From Nitrospirota bacterium (GTDB lineage: Bacteria > Nitrospirota > Nitrospiria > JACQBW01): a stretch of DNA of 64,000 nucleotides. Location of the stretch: contig JACQBW010000019.1 in the NCBI GenBank assembly GCA_016194305.1, positions 47,204 to 111,203 of the forward strand. Reading direction: 5' to 3'. The notes beneath the pieces were generated by a model. It was not told where the DNA came from. It did not search any database and saw only the letters and a list, made by a program, of their open reading frames with translations. The translations under genes were made by a program, and so were the position numbers. Positions 19,721-31,970 of this stretch are shown here, in pieces; the first letter of the stretch is position 1, and every line of letters begins with the position of its first letter.

Positions 19721-19818
19721 ACTTTTCCTCCTCCTTAACATGAAATAATTTTAAATCAGCAAACGAAATAGTGGCTTTTTCCAATCAGAATGTCAAGCTT
19801 TTGTAAATACCAGGTAAC

Positions 19819-20505
19819 CTATTCTTCCTGAAACTTGAAATGCATCTCTTCCTGCATCTTTTTTAGACGATCGATCACAAAATCCACCATTTTCTGACTG
19901 GTTTCAAGGGTAGGACAGGCGGGTTCATAAGGTTTGAATTCTACAGGAGCCCCATAATAAATCCTTGTTTTTTTCCCTCTTACGGGAATGATCCTCCCTT
20001 TTGGAAGTATCCAGTTGGTTCCCTCAACCACAACCGGAATGATTCTGTCGGGCTTTGCCTCCCAGATTATTTTTCCGACTCCGGGCCTCCCAGTCAATAA
20101 ACAACCATCCCGCGAACGGGTCCCTTCGGGGAATATGACCATGACACTCTCTTTTAACATTTCAGCCATCTGCTTCATAGCAACCGTGTCTCCTTTTCCC
20201 CGCCGAACGGGAAATGCGCCCCAGGCCGAAATGATATTTCGGACAACCGGATAATGAAACAATTCCTCCTTTGCGGGAGCGCGCCATCGAACCGGAGAAA
20301 AAATCGTATAGGAGGTAACCGCAATGAGAAAGGGATCGATCGCCGAGATATGATTGGAGAGGAGAAGAATAGATTTCTCTCCATATTGAGGCCGGTTATC
20401 TTTTCCAAGGATTTCGATTTTGTTGAAGACTTTGAAAACAATGATCCAGAAACCGATTCCTATTCCGCACCAGCATTTGATTAGAAAGCCGCGTATCCCG
20501 GACAT
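19819..20505 (-). CDS. plsC: 1-acyl-sn-glycerol-3-phosphate acyltransferase
   Basis: 228 aa. NHISAIDP (HX4D) and FPEGTRS motifs. Confidence 0.8.
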   Translation of the reverse strand: MSGIRGFLIKCWCGIGIGFWIIVFKVFNKIEILGKDNRPQYGEKSILLLSNHISAIDPFLIAVTSYTIFSPVRWRAPAKEELFHYPVVRNIISAWGAFPVRRGKGDTVAMKQMAEMLKESVMVIFPEGTRSRDGCLLTGRPGVGKIIWEAKPDRIIPVVVEGTNWILPKGRIIPVRGKKTRIYYGAPVEFKPYEPACPTLETSQKMVDFVIDRLKKMQEEMHFKFQEE

Positions 20506-20514
20506 GATAACGAA

Positions 20515-22281
20515 TCAGACGGGTGGGACGTTCAGTTTGATCCCAAGTTCCTTAAGTTGTTTGGCATCAACCTGGGAAGGGGCATCCGTCATTAAACAGC
20601 TTCCCTTTTGTGTCTTGGGAAATGCAATCACTTCACGAATGGAGTTCATTCCGGTCATGATCATGGCCAGACGGTCTAATCCGAAGGCAATTCCTCCATG
20701 AGGAGGCGCACCATATTCGAGCGCTTCAAGTAAAAAACCGAATTTCTTGACAGCTTGTTCTTCGGAAATTCCAAGAAGCGAAAAGATTTTACTCTGGAGT
20801 TCTTTACGGTGAATTCGAATGCTCCCGCCTCCAATTTCAGTCCCGTTCAATACCATATCATAAGCTTTTGCCATGAGCTTGAGAGGTTCTTTTTCCAGAG
20901 AAGAGAGGTCCTCATCCATCGGAGAGGTAAACGGATGATGCATCGCAACATACCTTTTTTCATCCGAATCATATTCCAGGAGAGGAAAGTCTGTCACCCA
21001 GAGAAACTGGTAACTGTCTACGGGCACAAGATTAAGTCTTCCCGCAAGGGAAATTCTGAGATTCCCGAGGGTTTTGTAAACAACCTCCGCCGAGTCTGCA
21101 ATAAAGAGGAGAAGGTCCCCTGGTTCACCGGCAAGCTTTTTGACGATTGCCATTCGAATTTCCTCGTTAAAGAATTTTGCGATCGGAGACTCGACGCCCT
21201 GCCCGGTCACCTTCATCCAGGCCATCCCTTTTGCTCCGAAGCTTTTGGCTTCCTCGGTCAATTCATCGAGTTCTTTTCTGGATAGACCGGATAGACCTTT
21301 CGCGTTGAGTCCTTTTACTTTGCCCCCTTTTTCAATGGCATCTTTAAAAACCTTGAAATCACTTATGTTGGCGCTTGTTGAAATATCTTTGAGTTCGAGA
21401 CCAAAACGGATATCGGGTTTATCTGATCCAAACCGGTCCATCGATTCGCGATAAGTAAGTCTCTTAAAGGGAGTTTGAATTGCAAATCCTTTGATTTCAC
21501 GGAAAATCTTGGCTATCATTTCCTCCATCAGGTTCATGATGTCTTCCCTCTCGATAAAAGACATTTCGATATCGATCTGGGTAAATTCAGGCTGGCGATC
21601 TGCTCGTAAATCCTCATCTCTGAAACAGCGGACGATTTGATAATAACGGTCAAAACCCGCAACCATCAAAATCTGTTTAAAAAGCTGGGGCGACTGGGGA
21701 AGCGCAAAAAATGTTCCCGGATTCAGTCGGCTGGGGACTAGAAAATCTCTTGCTCCTTCGGGCGTGCTTTTAGTTAGACAGGGCGTCTCGATGTCCAGAA
21801 ATCCGTTGTCGTCAAGAAATTCCCGTGTCAACCGGGTAATCCGATGCCGGATTTTGAGATTCTCCTGCATTTCTGCCCGTCGCAAATCAAGATACCGATA
21901 TTGAAGTCTGAGGGTTTCATTGGCCATCTCTGACCCTTTTTCTATCGAGAAAGGAGGCGTCTTGGAGGTATTGAGTATTTCAAGCTGGCTCACGTGAACC
22001 TCGATTTTGCCGCTTTTGAGATGTGGATTTTCCGTCCCTTGAGGACGGGCAACGACTTCTCCGGTCACCGATAACACAAACTCGCCTCGAACCTCCTTTG
22101 CTGTTTCATAAGCCGATTTTTCCCTCGGATCGATGACAATCTGGACGATGCCTTCCCGATCTCGAAGATCAATAAATATCAGTCCGCCATGGTCGCGCCT
22201 TTTGTGGAGCCATCCGGATAAAATGACCTTTCTGCCAATGAATCGATCGTCGATGTGACCGCAATAGTCTGTTCTTTTCAT
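20515..22281 (-). CDS. aspS: aspartate--tRNA ligase
   Basis: 588 aa. N-terminal OB fold ([19 protein letters not shown]), class II motifs ([35 protein letters not shown]) and a bacterial insertion domain. Confidence 0.95.
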   Translation of the reverse strand: MKRTDYCGHIDDRFIGRKVILSGWLHKRRDHGGLIFIDLRDREGIVQIVIDPREKSAYETAKEVRGEFVLSVTGEVVARPQGTENPHLKSGKIEVHVSQLEILNTSKTPPFSIEKGSEMANETLRLQYRYLDLRRAEMQENLKIRHRITRLTREFLDDNGFLDIETPCLTKSTPEGARDFLVPSRLNPGTFFALPQSPQLFKQILMVAGFDRYYQIVRCFRDEDLRADRQPEFTQIDIEMSFIEREDIMNLMEEMIAKIFREIKGFAIQTPFKRLTYRESMDRFGSDKPDIRFGLELKDISTSANISDFKVFKDAIEKGGKVKGLNAKGLSGLSRKELDELTEEAKSFGAKGMAWMKVTGQGVESPIAKFFNEEIRMAIVKKLAGEPGDLLLFIADSAEVVYKTLGNLRISLAGRLNLVPVDSYQFLWVTDFPLLEYDSDEKRYVAMHHPFTSPMDEDLSSLEKEPLKLMAKAYDMVLNGTEIGGGSIRIHRKELQSKIFSLLGISEEQAVKKFGFLLEALEYGAPPHGGIAFGLDRLAMIMTGMNSIREVIAFPKTQKGSCLMTDAPSQVDAKQLKELGIKLNVPPV

Positions 22282-22349
22282 GATTTTCTCTATTGGGAAA
22301 GTCCCAGTTCGACCCTATCGGAAATCTATGCGATCAAACTGCGGAAGAG

Positions 22350-23156
22350 TTAGTGGCCAGGCCTGTGAAGAGGCGATTCAAGACCATTGAATTGATTGAC
22401 GGCTCTCCTAGGAACTCGACGAATTGCAGGTGCAAGGGGCACTGCAAGATTCTTGAGCATTTTAATCTCCTTGGAATCGAGATACCGAAACATCCCTGTC
22501 GGAACGTCATTTAAATCAAGAAATGCGTATCGGGTTCTCTTGATTTTCAGAACCGGATGTCTCAATTTCAAGAGCATATTTTTAATCTGACGATTTTTAC
22601 CCTCATGAATTTTCATTTCAATCCAGGAGTTTTCTTCGGTAATGCCCAGCTTTTTTATTGAAGCCGGAGCGGTTTTTTTTCCGAACAGAACGACCCCCTC
22701 CTCCAGCTTCTTGATTTCTCCCTCTTCCAATACCCCTTTTAATTTGACCTGATAGGTTTTCTGAATTTCGCTTTTGGGATGCATCAATGCGTTGGCCAGA
22801 TCTCCGTCGTTGGTCAGCAACAAAAGACCTTCCGTATCGTAATCGAGCCTTCCAACCGGATAAACCCTCCCTTTAATTCCCTTTAATAGCGACAGGACCG
22901 TCGGACGACCTTCAGGATCACTCATCGAAGTGATATAGTTTTTAGGCTTGTTCAGTAGAATACAAACTTTGGTCTGTTTGGGATTGATCAGCTTGCCATT
23001 CACTTTGATATGATCCTGGTCTGAATCCGCCTTGCTTCCCATTTCAGTCACGACTTTGCCGTTGACGGTGACCAGGCCGCTCAGGATCAATTCTTCCGCT
23101 TTCCTTCGGGAAGTCACCCCCGATTTGGATATGATTTTCTGTAATCGTTCTAACAC
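22350..23156 (-). CDS. rluB: 23S rRNA pseudouridine synthase, RsuA/RluB family
   Basis: 268 aa. S4 domain (RLQKIISKSGVTSRRKAEELI) and catalytic GRLDYDTEGLLLLTNDG. Confidence 0.85.
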   Translation of the reverse strand: MLERLQKIISKSGVTSRRKAEELILSGLVTVNGKVVTEMGSKADSDQDHIKVNGKLINPKQTKVCILLNKPKNYITSMSDPEGRPTVLSLLKGIKGRVYPVGRLDYDTEGLLLLTNDGDLANALMHPKSEIQKTYQVKLKGVLEEGEIKKLEEGVVLFGKKTAPASIKKLGITEENSWIEMKIHEGKNRQIKNMLLKLRHPVLKIKRTRYAFLDLNDVPTGMFRYLDSKEIKMLKNLAVPLAPAIRRVPRRAVNQFNGLESPLHRPGH

Positions 23157-23322
23157 TCTTCTTTTTCCTTATATCAGACTCAGGTTAACATGCTTGCTCA
23201 AAAACTTCAGAGATCCCCTGCCGGGGACTTCCCCCATTAAACTTTTGGAGGAGGGTCGCAAGACCACAGTTCCGAAGATGACCAACATCCTTCATAAGGG
23301 CCATTCAGAAGGGGTCATATGC

Positions 23323-23422
23323 AAGGCGGAGCAAAGCCTTGTACCGGAGTGTACAATGTAAGTACATGAGGATCAAGGCTGAAGCGACAACACCGCAGAT
23401 GGCTCCTTATCAAGGGACCAAG
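23323..23422 (+). repeat. structured intergenic element, copy E
   Basis: Shares the AAGGC.. / hairpin TGTAC (23350-54) : GTACA (23362-66) / TGAGGA / ..GCGACAACACCGCAGA blocks with the other copies. An extra outer stem pairs AGCCTTG (23335-41) with CAAGGCT (23374-80). The right end abuts the guaA stop. Confidence 0.6.
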
Positions 23423-24991
23423 TTATTCCCATTCAATGGTTGCGGGTGGCTTTGAACTGATATCATAGACGACCCGGTTGACGCCTTTTACTTCATTAAT
23501 AATTCTATTCGAAAGGCTCCCAAGGAGTTCGTAAGGCAACCGGACCCAATCGGCTGTCATCCCATCCTGGCTGGTGACGGCACGAATCGCCAGTACATTT
23601 TCATAGGTTCTTTCATCACCCATCACGCCCACTGTCTTAATGGGAAGGAGAACCCCAAATGACTGCCAAATTGTCTTGTAAATCGGAAATTTTTGAACTT
23701 CGTCACTGACGATGGCATCCGCTTCCTTAAGTATTTCCAGCCGGTTCTTAGTGACCTCGCCTATGATTCGAACGGCCAACCCAGGTCCGGGAAAGGGCTG
23801 ACGCCACAAAATTTCATCCGGCACGCCCAATTCATGGCCTAACTTTCTGACTTCATCTTTAAAAAGTTCTCTGAGCGGCTCGATGATTTTGAATTTCATC
23901 TTCTTGGGAAGACCACCTACATTGTGATGGGTTTTAATTTTGGCCGACGGACCTTTAAACGAAACTGATTCGATCACGTCGGGATAAAGCGTCCCCTGAA
24001 CCAGAAACTTGACTCTGCCCACTTTCTTCAATTTTTTGGCCTCTTGCTCAAAGACCTTTATAAATTCTGTTCCAATCAGTTTTCTCTTTCTTTCCGGATC
24101 AACGATCTTTTTTAATTTCAATAGGAATCGTTTTGAGGCATCGACATACTGAAGGTTAAACTTTAAGTTATTCTTATAAGTATGTACAACTCTTTCAACT
24201 TCACCCTTTCTTAGAAGTCCATTATTGACAAAAATACAGGTCAGCTGGTTGCCCACTGCGCGATGAACGATCGAGGCCGCGACGGTCGAATCCACTCCGC
24301 CGCTTAACGCACAGATGACATGGTCATTTCCCACAAATTCCTGAATTTCCTTCGAGACTTTATGCAAAAGAGACGAGACCGTCCAGGTTGGTGAACATCC
24401 GCAGACACCGTATACAAAATTTTGAAGAATTTTGATTCCCATCGGGGTATGAGCCACTTCGGGATGAAACTGAATGCCGTAGAATCTTTTTTTGGCCTCT
24501 TTCATCGCCGCGATGGGGGAATTTTCAGTGTGCCCCGCTCTAATAAAACCCGGGGGCATTTTTTCAATCTTGTCTCCGTGGCTCATCCAGACGGTGATCA
24601 CCGAGGACAGCGTAAAGGTGGTAATATCCTTGAAAAGATCGGAAGAGTCGTCAATAAACATATCAGACTTTCCAAACTCCCTTCGGACTGACTTGATGAC
24701 TTCGCCTCCCAACACTTTGGTCATGAGTTGCATCCCATAGCAGATACCGAGTATCGGAACTTTCATGTCAAAGACGCGTTTGTCGCAAAGAGGAGATTTC
24801 GCCGTGTAAACCGAGGCCGGACCGCCCGATAGGATAATACCCTTCGGTTGAAACTCTTTTATTCTGGAATAGGGAGCGTTATAGGGGAAAATTTCGCAAT
24901 AGACACTGCTCTCCCTGATTCGACGGGCGATCAGCTGCGTGTACTGCGAACCAAAATCAAGGATAACGACCTTTTCTCGATCCTCATGCAT
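23423..24991 (-). CDS. guaA: GMP synthase (glutamine-hydrolysing)
   Basis: 522 aa. GATase domain (ILGICYGMQ), PP-loop SGGVDS, C-terminal ...KPPATIEWE. Confidence 0.95.
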   Translation of the reverse strand: MHEDREKVVILDFGSQYTQLIARRIRESSVYCEIFPYNAPYSRIKEFQPKGIILSGGPASVYTAKSPLCDKRVFDMKVPILGICYGMQLMTKVLGGEVIKSVRREFGKSDMFIDDSSDLFKDITTFTLSSVITVWMSHGDKIEKMPPGFIRAGHTENSPIAAMKEAKKRFYGIQFHPEVAHTPMGIKILQNFVYGVCGCSPTWTVSSLLHKVSKEIQEFVGNDHVICALSGGVDSTVAASIVHRAVGNQLTCIFVNNGLLRKGEVERVVHTYKNNLKFNLQYVDASKRFLLKLKKIVDPERKRKLIGTEFIKVFEQEAKKLKKVGRVKFLVQGTLYPDVIESVSFKGPSAKIKTHHNVGGLPKKMKFKIIEPLRELFKDEVRKLGHELGVPDEILWRQPFPGPGLAVRIIGEVTKNRLEILKEADAIVSDEVQKFPIYKTIWQSFGVLLPIKTVGVMGDERTYENVLAIRAVTSQDGMTADWVRLPYELLGSLSNRIINEVKGVNRVVYDISSKPPATIEWE

Positions 24992-26473
24992 TTAGCGGTC
25001 CCATTCTCTTTGATAGTTCGGCGCTTCTTTAGTAATGATGACATCGTGCGCATGGCTTTCTCTCAATCCCGCCTGAGTGAGCCGGATGAATTTTCCATTC
25101 TTCCTAAGTTCTTCAATCGTTTCGCAACCGCAATATCCCATGCCTGATCGAAGACCGCCCACCAGCTGATAAACAATGGCAGACATCGAACCTTTATAAG
25201 GCACTCTTCCTTCAATCCCTTCAGGCACTAATTTATGCTGAGGCTCCCCTTCCTGAAAATATCGGTCTCTCCCCCCGCGTTCCATCGCACCGAGGGATCC
25301 CATACCCCGGTAGACTTTATAGCTTCTCCCCTGGTAAATCACAGATTCTCCCGGTGATTCCTCAGTACCCGCAAACATACCCCCGATCATCACGGAATTG
25401 GCTCCCGCGGCAATGGCTTTAGTAATATCCCCCGAAAACTTGATCCCGCCGTCAGCGATGACAGGAATTTTTCCTTTAGCCGCCACTTCGGCGACTTTAG
25501 AAATGGCAGTAATCTGGGGAACGCCTGCTCCCGCAACAATGCGGGTTGTACAAATTGAACCCGGACCGACACCCACTTTCAGGCCATTCACACCTGCCTT
25601 CATTAAAGCGGCGGCCGCCTCCCCTGTTGCAATATTTCCTCCGACAACCTCTAATCTCGGATGTTTCCTTTTGACGTTTCTGACGGTATCGAGAACCGAC
25701 TGCGCATGTCCATGGGCTGTATCGACAATGACGACATCGACCGCCGCCTTCACCAGGGCATCCACTCTCTCCATTGAATCGCGTCCGACTCCAACCGCCG
25801 CACCGACTCTGAGTCGGCCTAATTTATCTTTGCAGGAGTGGGGATAAACAATTTCTTTTTCAATATCTTTAATGGTAATCAATCCCTTCAACTCAAATTT
25901 TCTGTTTACGACGGGAAGTTTTTCGATACGATTTTTCTGCAGAATTTCACGAGCTTCCATCAAAGTCGTTCCTTCTGGAACGGTAATCAAATTCTCCTTC
26001 GTCATGACTTCGGAAACTTTTAGATTCATTCTCTTTTCAAACCTGAGATCACGATTGGTCAAAATGCCGACCAGCTTATTATTTAACACAACCGGAATTC
26101 CCGAAATATGGAACTGCGACATGATTGCAAAAGCGTCACCGATTTTCTGTTCCGGAGAGATCGTAATCGGATTGATAATCATCCCGCTTTCGGATTTCTT
26201 CACCTGTTCGACCTCCGCCACCTGTTCCTTGATCGAAAAAGCCCGATGAATGATTCCAATTCCCCCTTCGCGGGCCAGTGCGATCGCCAGGCGTGATTCC
26301 GTAACGGTATCCATCGCGGCGCTGACAATCGGAATTTTTAACGCGATATTTTGGGTCAATAACGTTTCGGTGTTCACCTCTCTCGGAAGCGTATTGCTAT
26401 AGGCAGGGAGCAACAAGACATCGTCAAACGTCAGGCCGATTTCGATTTCTTTTGAATGATTTTCTTTAGGCAA
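24992..26473 (-). CDS. guaB: IMP dehydrogenase
   Basis: 493 aa with a TTG start. CBS pair inserted in a TIM barrel. Catalytic [11 protein letters not shown] loop. Zero-nt gap to guaA. Confidence 0.95.
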   Translation of the reverse strand: MPKENHSKEIEIGLTFDDVLLLPAYSNTLPREVNTETLLTQNIALKIPIVSAAMDTVTESRLAIALAREGGIGIIHRAFSIKEQVAEVEQVKKSESGMIINPITISPEQKIGDAFAIMSQFHISGIPVVLNNKLVGILTNRDLRFEKRMNLKVSEVMTKENLITVPEGTTLMEAREILQKNRIEKLPVVNRKFELKGLITIKDIEKEIVYPHSCKDKLGRLRVGAAVGVGRDSMERVDALVKAAVDVVIVDTAHGHAQSVLDTVRNVKRKHPRLEVVGGNIATGEAAAALMKAGVNGLKVGVGPGSICTTRIVAGAGVPQITAISKVAEVAAKGKIPVIADGGIKFSGDITKAIAAGANSVMIGGMFAGTEESPGESVIYQGRSYKVYRGMGSLGAMERGGRDRYFQEGEPQHKLVPEGIEGRVPYKGSMSAIVYQLVGGLRSGMGYCGCETIEELRKNGKFIRLTQAGLRESHAHDVIITKEAPNYQREWDR

Positions 26474-26637
26474 TTTGACGCTCTTTTCCAGTTAAACTAA
26501 TTGATTTTACAAGAACTTTTTAATGCGGATTTCGATTGACTTTAAAATGATTAAGATTGTCAAGTTTAACAAAGTTAAAAATAGAGGTCAAGAAAAACAT
26601 TTTCCTTTGAAAATTCAGAGGCTTTTGAAGGAAATCA

Positions 26638-28027
<1,390 letters not shown>

Positions 28028-28067
28028 CTTGCATTAATTGATTTGTTAAATTAGCTCTCTTGTTTTA

Positions 28068-28140
28068 GAGCCGCTAGCTCAGTTGGTAGAGCACCGCCCT
28101 TTTAAGGCGGGTGTCGTTGGTTCGAATCCAACGCGGCTCA
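28068..28140 (+). tRNA. tRNA-Lys (anticodon UUU)
   Basis: Hand-folded cloverleaf. Acceptor GAGCCGC/GCGGCTC, D-arm GCTC/GAGC, anticodon stem CCGCC/GGCGG with loop CTTTTAA, T-arm GTTGG-TTCGAAT-CCAAC, discriminator A. No encoded CCA. Confidence 0.9.
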
Positions 28141-28149
28141 TATTATATT

Positions 28150-28195
28150 TGGGGGCCCGTGAGGATTCGCAAAGCGCAATCCTCCGATGCCCCCA
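28150..28195 (+). other. strong nested stem-loop directly after tRNA-Lys
   Basis: TGGGGGC (28150-56) pairs with GCCCCCA (28189-95). GAGGATT (28161-67) pairs with AATCCTC (28178-84). An inner CGC-AAA-GCG completes the fold. Confidence 0.5.
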
Positions 28196-28257
28196 AACCG
28201 CAGATTTTTGAGCGGCTAACAGTTACACAAGCAGATTGGTCAAAAAGGTCCAGCGAC

Positions 28258-28356
28258 AAGGCCCGAGAAACGAGGCAACGCAGGCGTACTTTTCGGTACG
28301 TTGAGGAAGCCGAGATTCGAGAAAGACGTCGATGGTCCCTTTTTCAGCAATCTGCC
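28258..28356 (+). repeat. structured intergenic element, copy A (inside the tRNA-Lys/tRNA-Glu spacer)
   Basis: AAGGCCCGAGAAACGAGGCAACGCAGG, then hairpin CGTAC (28285-89) : GTACG (28296-300), then TTGAGGAAGCCGAGATTCGAGAA...TTTTTCAGCAATCTGCC. Ends 5 nt before tRNA-Glu. Confidence 0.6.
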
Positions 28357-28361
28357 ACAGG

Positions 28362-28436
28362 GTCCCCATCGTCTAGCCCGGCCCAGGACATCGCCCTTTC
28401 ACGGCGGTAACACGAGTTCAAATCTCGTTGGGGACA
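28362..28436 (+). tRNA. tRNA-Glu (anticodon UUC)
   Basis: Hand-folded. Acceptor GTCCCCA/TGGGGAC, anticodon stem TCGCC/GGCGG with loop CTTTCAC, T-arm ACGAG-TTCAAAT-CTCGT, discriminator A. No encoded CCA. Confidence 0.9.
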
Positions 28437-28812
28437 TTACCTTGCTAGATGAGCGGAGCGGTCTCTTCTTCAGCGGAGCTATCTAATCCCGACAGTCTTC
28501 TTTGGTCCCGTCTAATCGCTTGTTGTGTAAAGGAGACCCTTTTCCCCGCTAAATCCCTTGTCCTCAAATTTTCAGGACGTTTTAATCACTCCCATGCACA
28601 CTCGACTCGCGCTCTCTAGAATCATTTCGGCATTTTCTTATTCCCAACTCAAAAACTCATTCTAACTTTAATCTTTTTATTTATTCCTTCTTTCCAAACT
28701 GTTTTCGATCCGCAATGAGTTGATGAAAAAGAGAATATCGATTTCTCTATATAGAAAATGATATTCTACCTCTTTATCGATTTGGAAATAATATTCTTCG
28801 CGCGAGGTCGAC

Positions 28813-31800
28813 TTGATGAGCGTAAACCTAATAAGAGTCTTATTGGTCGAAAGCAGTCCAAATGAAAGAAAAAAATTAGTCAAACTGATAGTCGGGACAA
28901 AAGAAACCCCAATTAAAACGATTCAAAAATCTTCCATAAAAACCGCTTCTTCCATTCTAAAGGAGAAAAAGTTCGATCTTATTCTTCTCTCTGTGCAAAC
29001 TGAGGGTCCTCAGCACTCTTTGTCAATCAATGAAATTAGAACGGTGGCTGCTCTGAATGTTCCTCTCATCATCCTCATGGATCGAGTCGATAAGAACTTT
29101 GCGAACGAGACTCTCCAATTGGGTGCTCAGGACTGCCTGTTCAAAAATAAATTAGATCCCCAATTATTGTTTCAAGCCATCAATTACGCGATAAAATTCA
29201 AGAAGATGGAAATATCACTCCATAAAATGGAGGGACAGCTTGCCAAAAAATCCCGGCTTCAGACAAAACATCAGGAGTACCATGATCTGCTCCTCGCCCT
29301 TATGGAAGAAACAACAGATACGATTTTCGTCAAAGACAATGAGGGTCGGTTTTTACTGCTCAATTCAACTGCCGCAGGCAACCTCGGGAAAAGACCTGAG
29401 GAGATGATTGGGAAGACAAACCGAGATTTGCCAATCCCGAGTATGAGCAAAAACTCCATGGAAGAAACGGACCAGGCGGTTTTTCAAACAGGGAAATCAA
29501 TATCGTACGAAGTGACTCTCAATGGACCTGAGGGGCCTAGAACCATGTTCACGACGAAATCGCCCTTTCGCGACCATCATGGAAAAATTATCGGGCTGAT
29601 CGGTATCAGTCGGGATATTACCCAACAGAAACTCGCTGAGGAAACTCTTCGGACGGAACATGCCTATCGTAAACCGATCGAAGAAGCCATGCAGGCAGGC
29701 GTTGTGGCGATGGCCAACATAACCCGAAAGATCATATACGTGAGCCCTGCATTTTGTAAAATCGTGGGATGGAGTGAACAGGAACTGCTCGGGCAGACTC
29801 CCCCCTTCCCATTTTGGCCACCCGAAGACACGGATAAGATCTTCGAGATTTTAAAGAGCCGTTTTCTGACCGACAGTCCACCGGAAATTGAAATCCGGTT
29901 TCAGAGAAAGGATGGTGAACGTTTTCCTGTTCTCATCAAGAGCGCTCCTCTTACGGACGGGCACGGAAACAAGATTGGAATGGTTTCCACAATAGCTGAC
30001 ATCACCAATCAAAAACTGTCCGAAACCAGGCTGAGAGAGGGTCATAACTTATTAAGATCAATCGTGGAAGGAACAAATGATTCGATTTATTTAATTGATC
30101 TTGATGGACGTTATTTAATGATTAATTCCAGTGCGTCGCGAATTCTCGGAAAGCCTTCCGAAGAAATCGTCGGGAAACATATGTCAGAATTCTTTTCACC
30201 CCAATACGTCCGAATTTTCGAAGAAAAAGACCGGATGATCCTGAAGTCTGGGAAAATAGATACCAGTGAAACCAGGATATCGATCAATGGAACGGACCGT
30301 ACTTTCTTAACAACAAGAGGACCCGTCCGGAACCATGAAGATAAAATAATCGGATTTTTTGGTATTAGCCGGGACGTTACGGAAAAGAAAAACGCCGAAG
30401 AAATCCTGCAGAAAAGCGAAGAGAGACTTCGTGCCGTAATCGATAACTCGACTGCCGTCATATATCTGAAAGACCTCGACGGCAAGTATTTGCTGGTTAA
30501 CAGAAAATTTAAAGAATTATTCCTCATTTCAAAAAATGACGTCGTCGGAAAAACGGACTACGATATTTTTCCGGCCGAACTGGCAGAAAAATTTCGAGCC
30601 AATGATCGGGAGGTCATCAAAAAGAAAGCGCCCCTGGAATTCGATGAGACCGCACCTCATGGTGATGGAGTTCATTACTATATTTCTGTAAAATTCCCGC
30701 TGGTAGACAATCATGGAGACGTATACGCTGTGTGTGGTGTCTCTACCGATATTACGGATCGCAGAAGCCGGGAGGAGGACGAGATGAAGATAGAAAAACT
30801 CGAGTCTTTGGGACTTCTGGCAGGAGGAATTGCCCATGATTTCAACAATATCTTAACAGCGGTTTTGGGAAATATCTCGCTCGCCAAATCTTTCCTCGAG
30901 TCAAGATCGCAGCTCTTGACCAGATTGGACGAGGCGGAACGGGCCACCTTGCGGGCCTCAGAACTCGCAAAACAGCTTCTTACCTTTTCCAAAGGGGGAG
31001 CGCCTATCAAGAAGATCGTTTCCATTCAAACCCTGATTGAGCACTCCGTCCAGTTTGCCCTGACGGGCTCGAATGTCCAATGCCAGCATTTCTTTCAAGA
31101 AGGCCTCTGGCCGATTGAAGCAGATGAGGGACAGATCATCCAGGTCATTCAAAATTTGACGATCAATGCGAAACAGGCGATGCCGTCCGGAGGGGCGATT
31201 CGAATTGAAGCCGGTAACCATTCGGTGGAAGATTCGGCCACACATGAGATGGCCATCCGAAAGGGAAATTACCTGCTCATCACGATAAAGGATCAAGGGG
31301 TCGGCATTCCGAAAGAACACCTTTTAAAGATTTTTGATCCCTATTTTACGACCAAAACCCATGGGAGCGGTCTGGGTCTTTCGATCACGCATTCGATTAT
31401 CAAAAGACATCAGGGATATATTACGGCGGAATCCAATTCGGAAGGGGGAACCACCTTTTTTATCTATCTGCCTGCCGCACCTCTCGCCGTTATTCCTCAA
31501 GAAGTTATTGAGTCCGATACCATGACCAGAGGAAATGGGAGGATTCTCGTCGTGGATGATGAAGAGAGTATCCTTAGTCTCGCCGGCGAAATTCTGACTT
31601 ATCTCGGATATTCCGCCAAATTAGTCAAAAAAGGAACCGAAGCTGTTCAAATCTATAAAGATGAATTAAATTCCGGTCATCCGTTTGATCTGGTCATCAC
31701 AGATCTGACTGTTCCGGGAGATATGGGCGGAGTCGAGATCCTGCAAATGCTGCGCGATCTCGAACCCCGGGTGAAAGTGATTGTTTCAAGTGGTTATTCA

Positions 31801-31926
31801 AATGATCCGGCCATGTCCGATTTTAACCGTTTTGGCTTTTCAGATCGACTCAAGAAACCGTACCGCGCCTTTGAAGTGAGCGAGGCCGTGAAGCGGGTCT
31901 TGAAAACAAGACGATCGGGAGATTAA
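28813..31926 (+). CDS. hybrid sensor histidine kinase: degenerate N-terminal receiver, ~4 PAS/PAC modules, HisKA, HATPase, canonical C-terminal receiver
   Basis: 1037 aa. Repeated ISRDIT(Q/E)(Q/K)K PAC ends. H-box IAHDFNNIL, N-box QNLTINAKQA, DQGVGI, GSGLGL. C-terminal REC with VVDDE, ITDLTVPG, SSGY, KKP. Confidence 0.9.
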   Translation: MMSVNLIRVLLVESSPNERKKLVKLIVGTKETPIKTIQKSSIKTASSILKEKKFDLILLSVQTEGPQHSLSINEIRTVAALNVPLIILMDRVDKNFANETLQLGAQDCLFKNKLDPQLLFQAINYAIKFKKMEISLHKMEGQLAKKSRLQTKHQEYHDLLLALMEETTDTIFVKDNEGRFLLLNSTAAGNLGKRPEEMIGKTNRDLPIPSMSKNSMEETDQAVFQTGKSISYEVTLNGPEGPRTMFTTKSPFRDHHGKIIGLIGISRDITQQKLAEETLRTEHAYRKPIEEAMQAGVVAMANITRKIIYVSPAFCKIVGWSEQELLGQTPPFPFWPPEDTDKIFEILKSRFLTDSPPEIEIRFQRKDGERFPVLIKSAPLTDGHGNKIGMVSTIADITNQKLSETRLREGHNLLRSIVEGTNDSIYLIDLDGRYLMINSSASRILGKPSEEIVGKHMSEFFSPQYVRIFEEKDRMILKSGKIDTSETRISINGTDRTFLTTRGPVRNHEDKIIGFFGISRDVTEKKNAEEILQKSEERLRAVIDNSTAVIYLKDLDGKYLLVNRKFKELFLISKNDVVGKTDYDIFPAELAEKFRANDREVIKKKAPLEFDETAPHGDGVHYYISVKFPLVDNHGDVYAVCGVSTDITDRRSREEDEMKIEKLESLGLLAGGIAHDFNNILTAVLGNISLAKSFLESRSQLLTRLDEAERATLRASELAKQLLTFSKGGAPIKKIVSIQTLIEHSVQFALTGSNVQCQHFFQEGLWPIEADEGQIIQVIQNLTINAKQAMPSGGAIRIEAGNHSVEDSATHEMAIRKGNYLLITIKDQGVGIPKEHLLKIFDPYFTTKTHGSGLGLSITHSIIKRHQGYITAESNSEGGTTFFIYLPAAPLAVIPQEVIESDTMTRGNGRILVVDDEESILSLAGEILTYLGYSAKLVKKGTEAVQIYKDELNSGHPFDLVITDLTVPGDMGGVEILQMLRDLEPRVKVIVSSGYSNDPAMSDFNRFGFSDRLKKPYRAFEVSEAVKRVLKTRRSGD

Positions 31927-31970
31927 TAAATTTTATTTGAAATAATTTGATTTTGTACTTACGGATTATT

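Noticed and set aside
25398-25847. 149-aa ORF antisense to guaB, with similar long antisense or alternate-frame ORFs inside purA (27426..27932), htrA, aspS, hemH and the fumarase gene
   Set aside because: They overlap strongly supported conserved genes, have Ala/Pro/Thr/Ser-rich composition typical of antisense frames, and lack RBSs. I treat them as shadow ORFs.
28111-28410. 99-aa ORF spanning the tRNA spacer
   Set aside because: It starts inside tRNA-Lys, runs through the hairpin and repeat copy A, and ends inside tRNA-Glu. The equivalent segments of the other repeat copies are not open in the same frame.
28437-28812. Possible integration site or genomic-island boundary downstream of tRNA-Glu
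   Set aside because: There is no integrase, no direct repeat of the tRNA 3' end that I could find by eye, and the next genes are ordinary signalling and housekeeping genes. Together with the lone YqaJ gene 4 kb away, this is not enough to call a mobile element.
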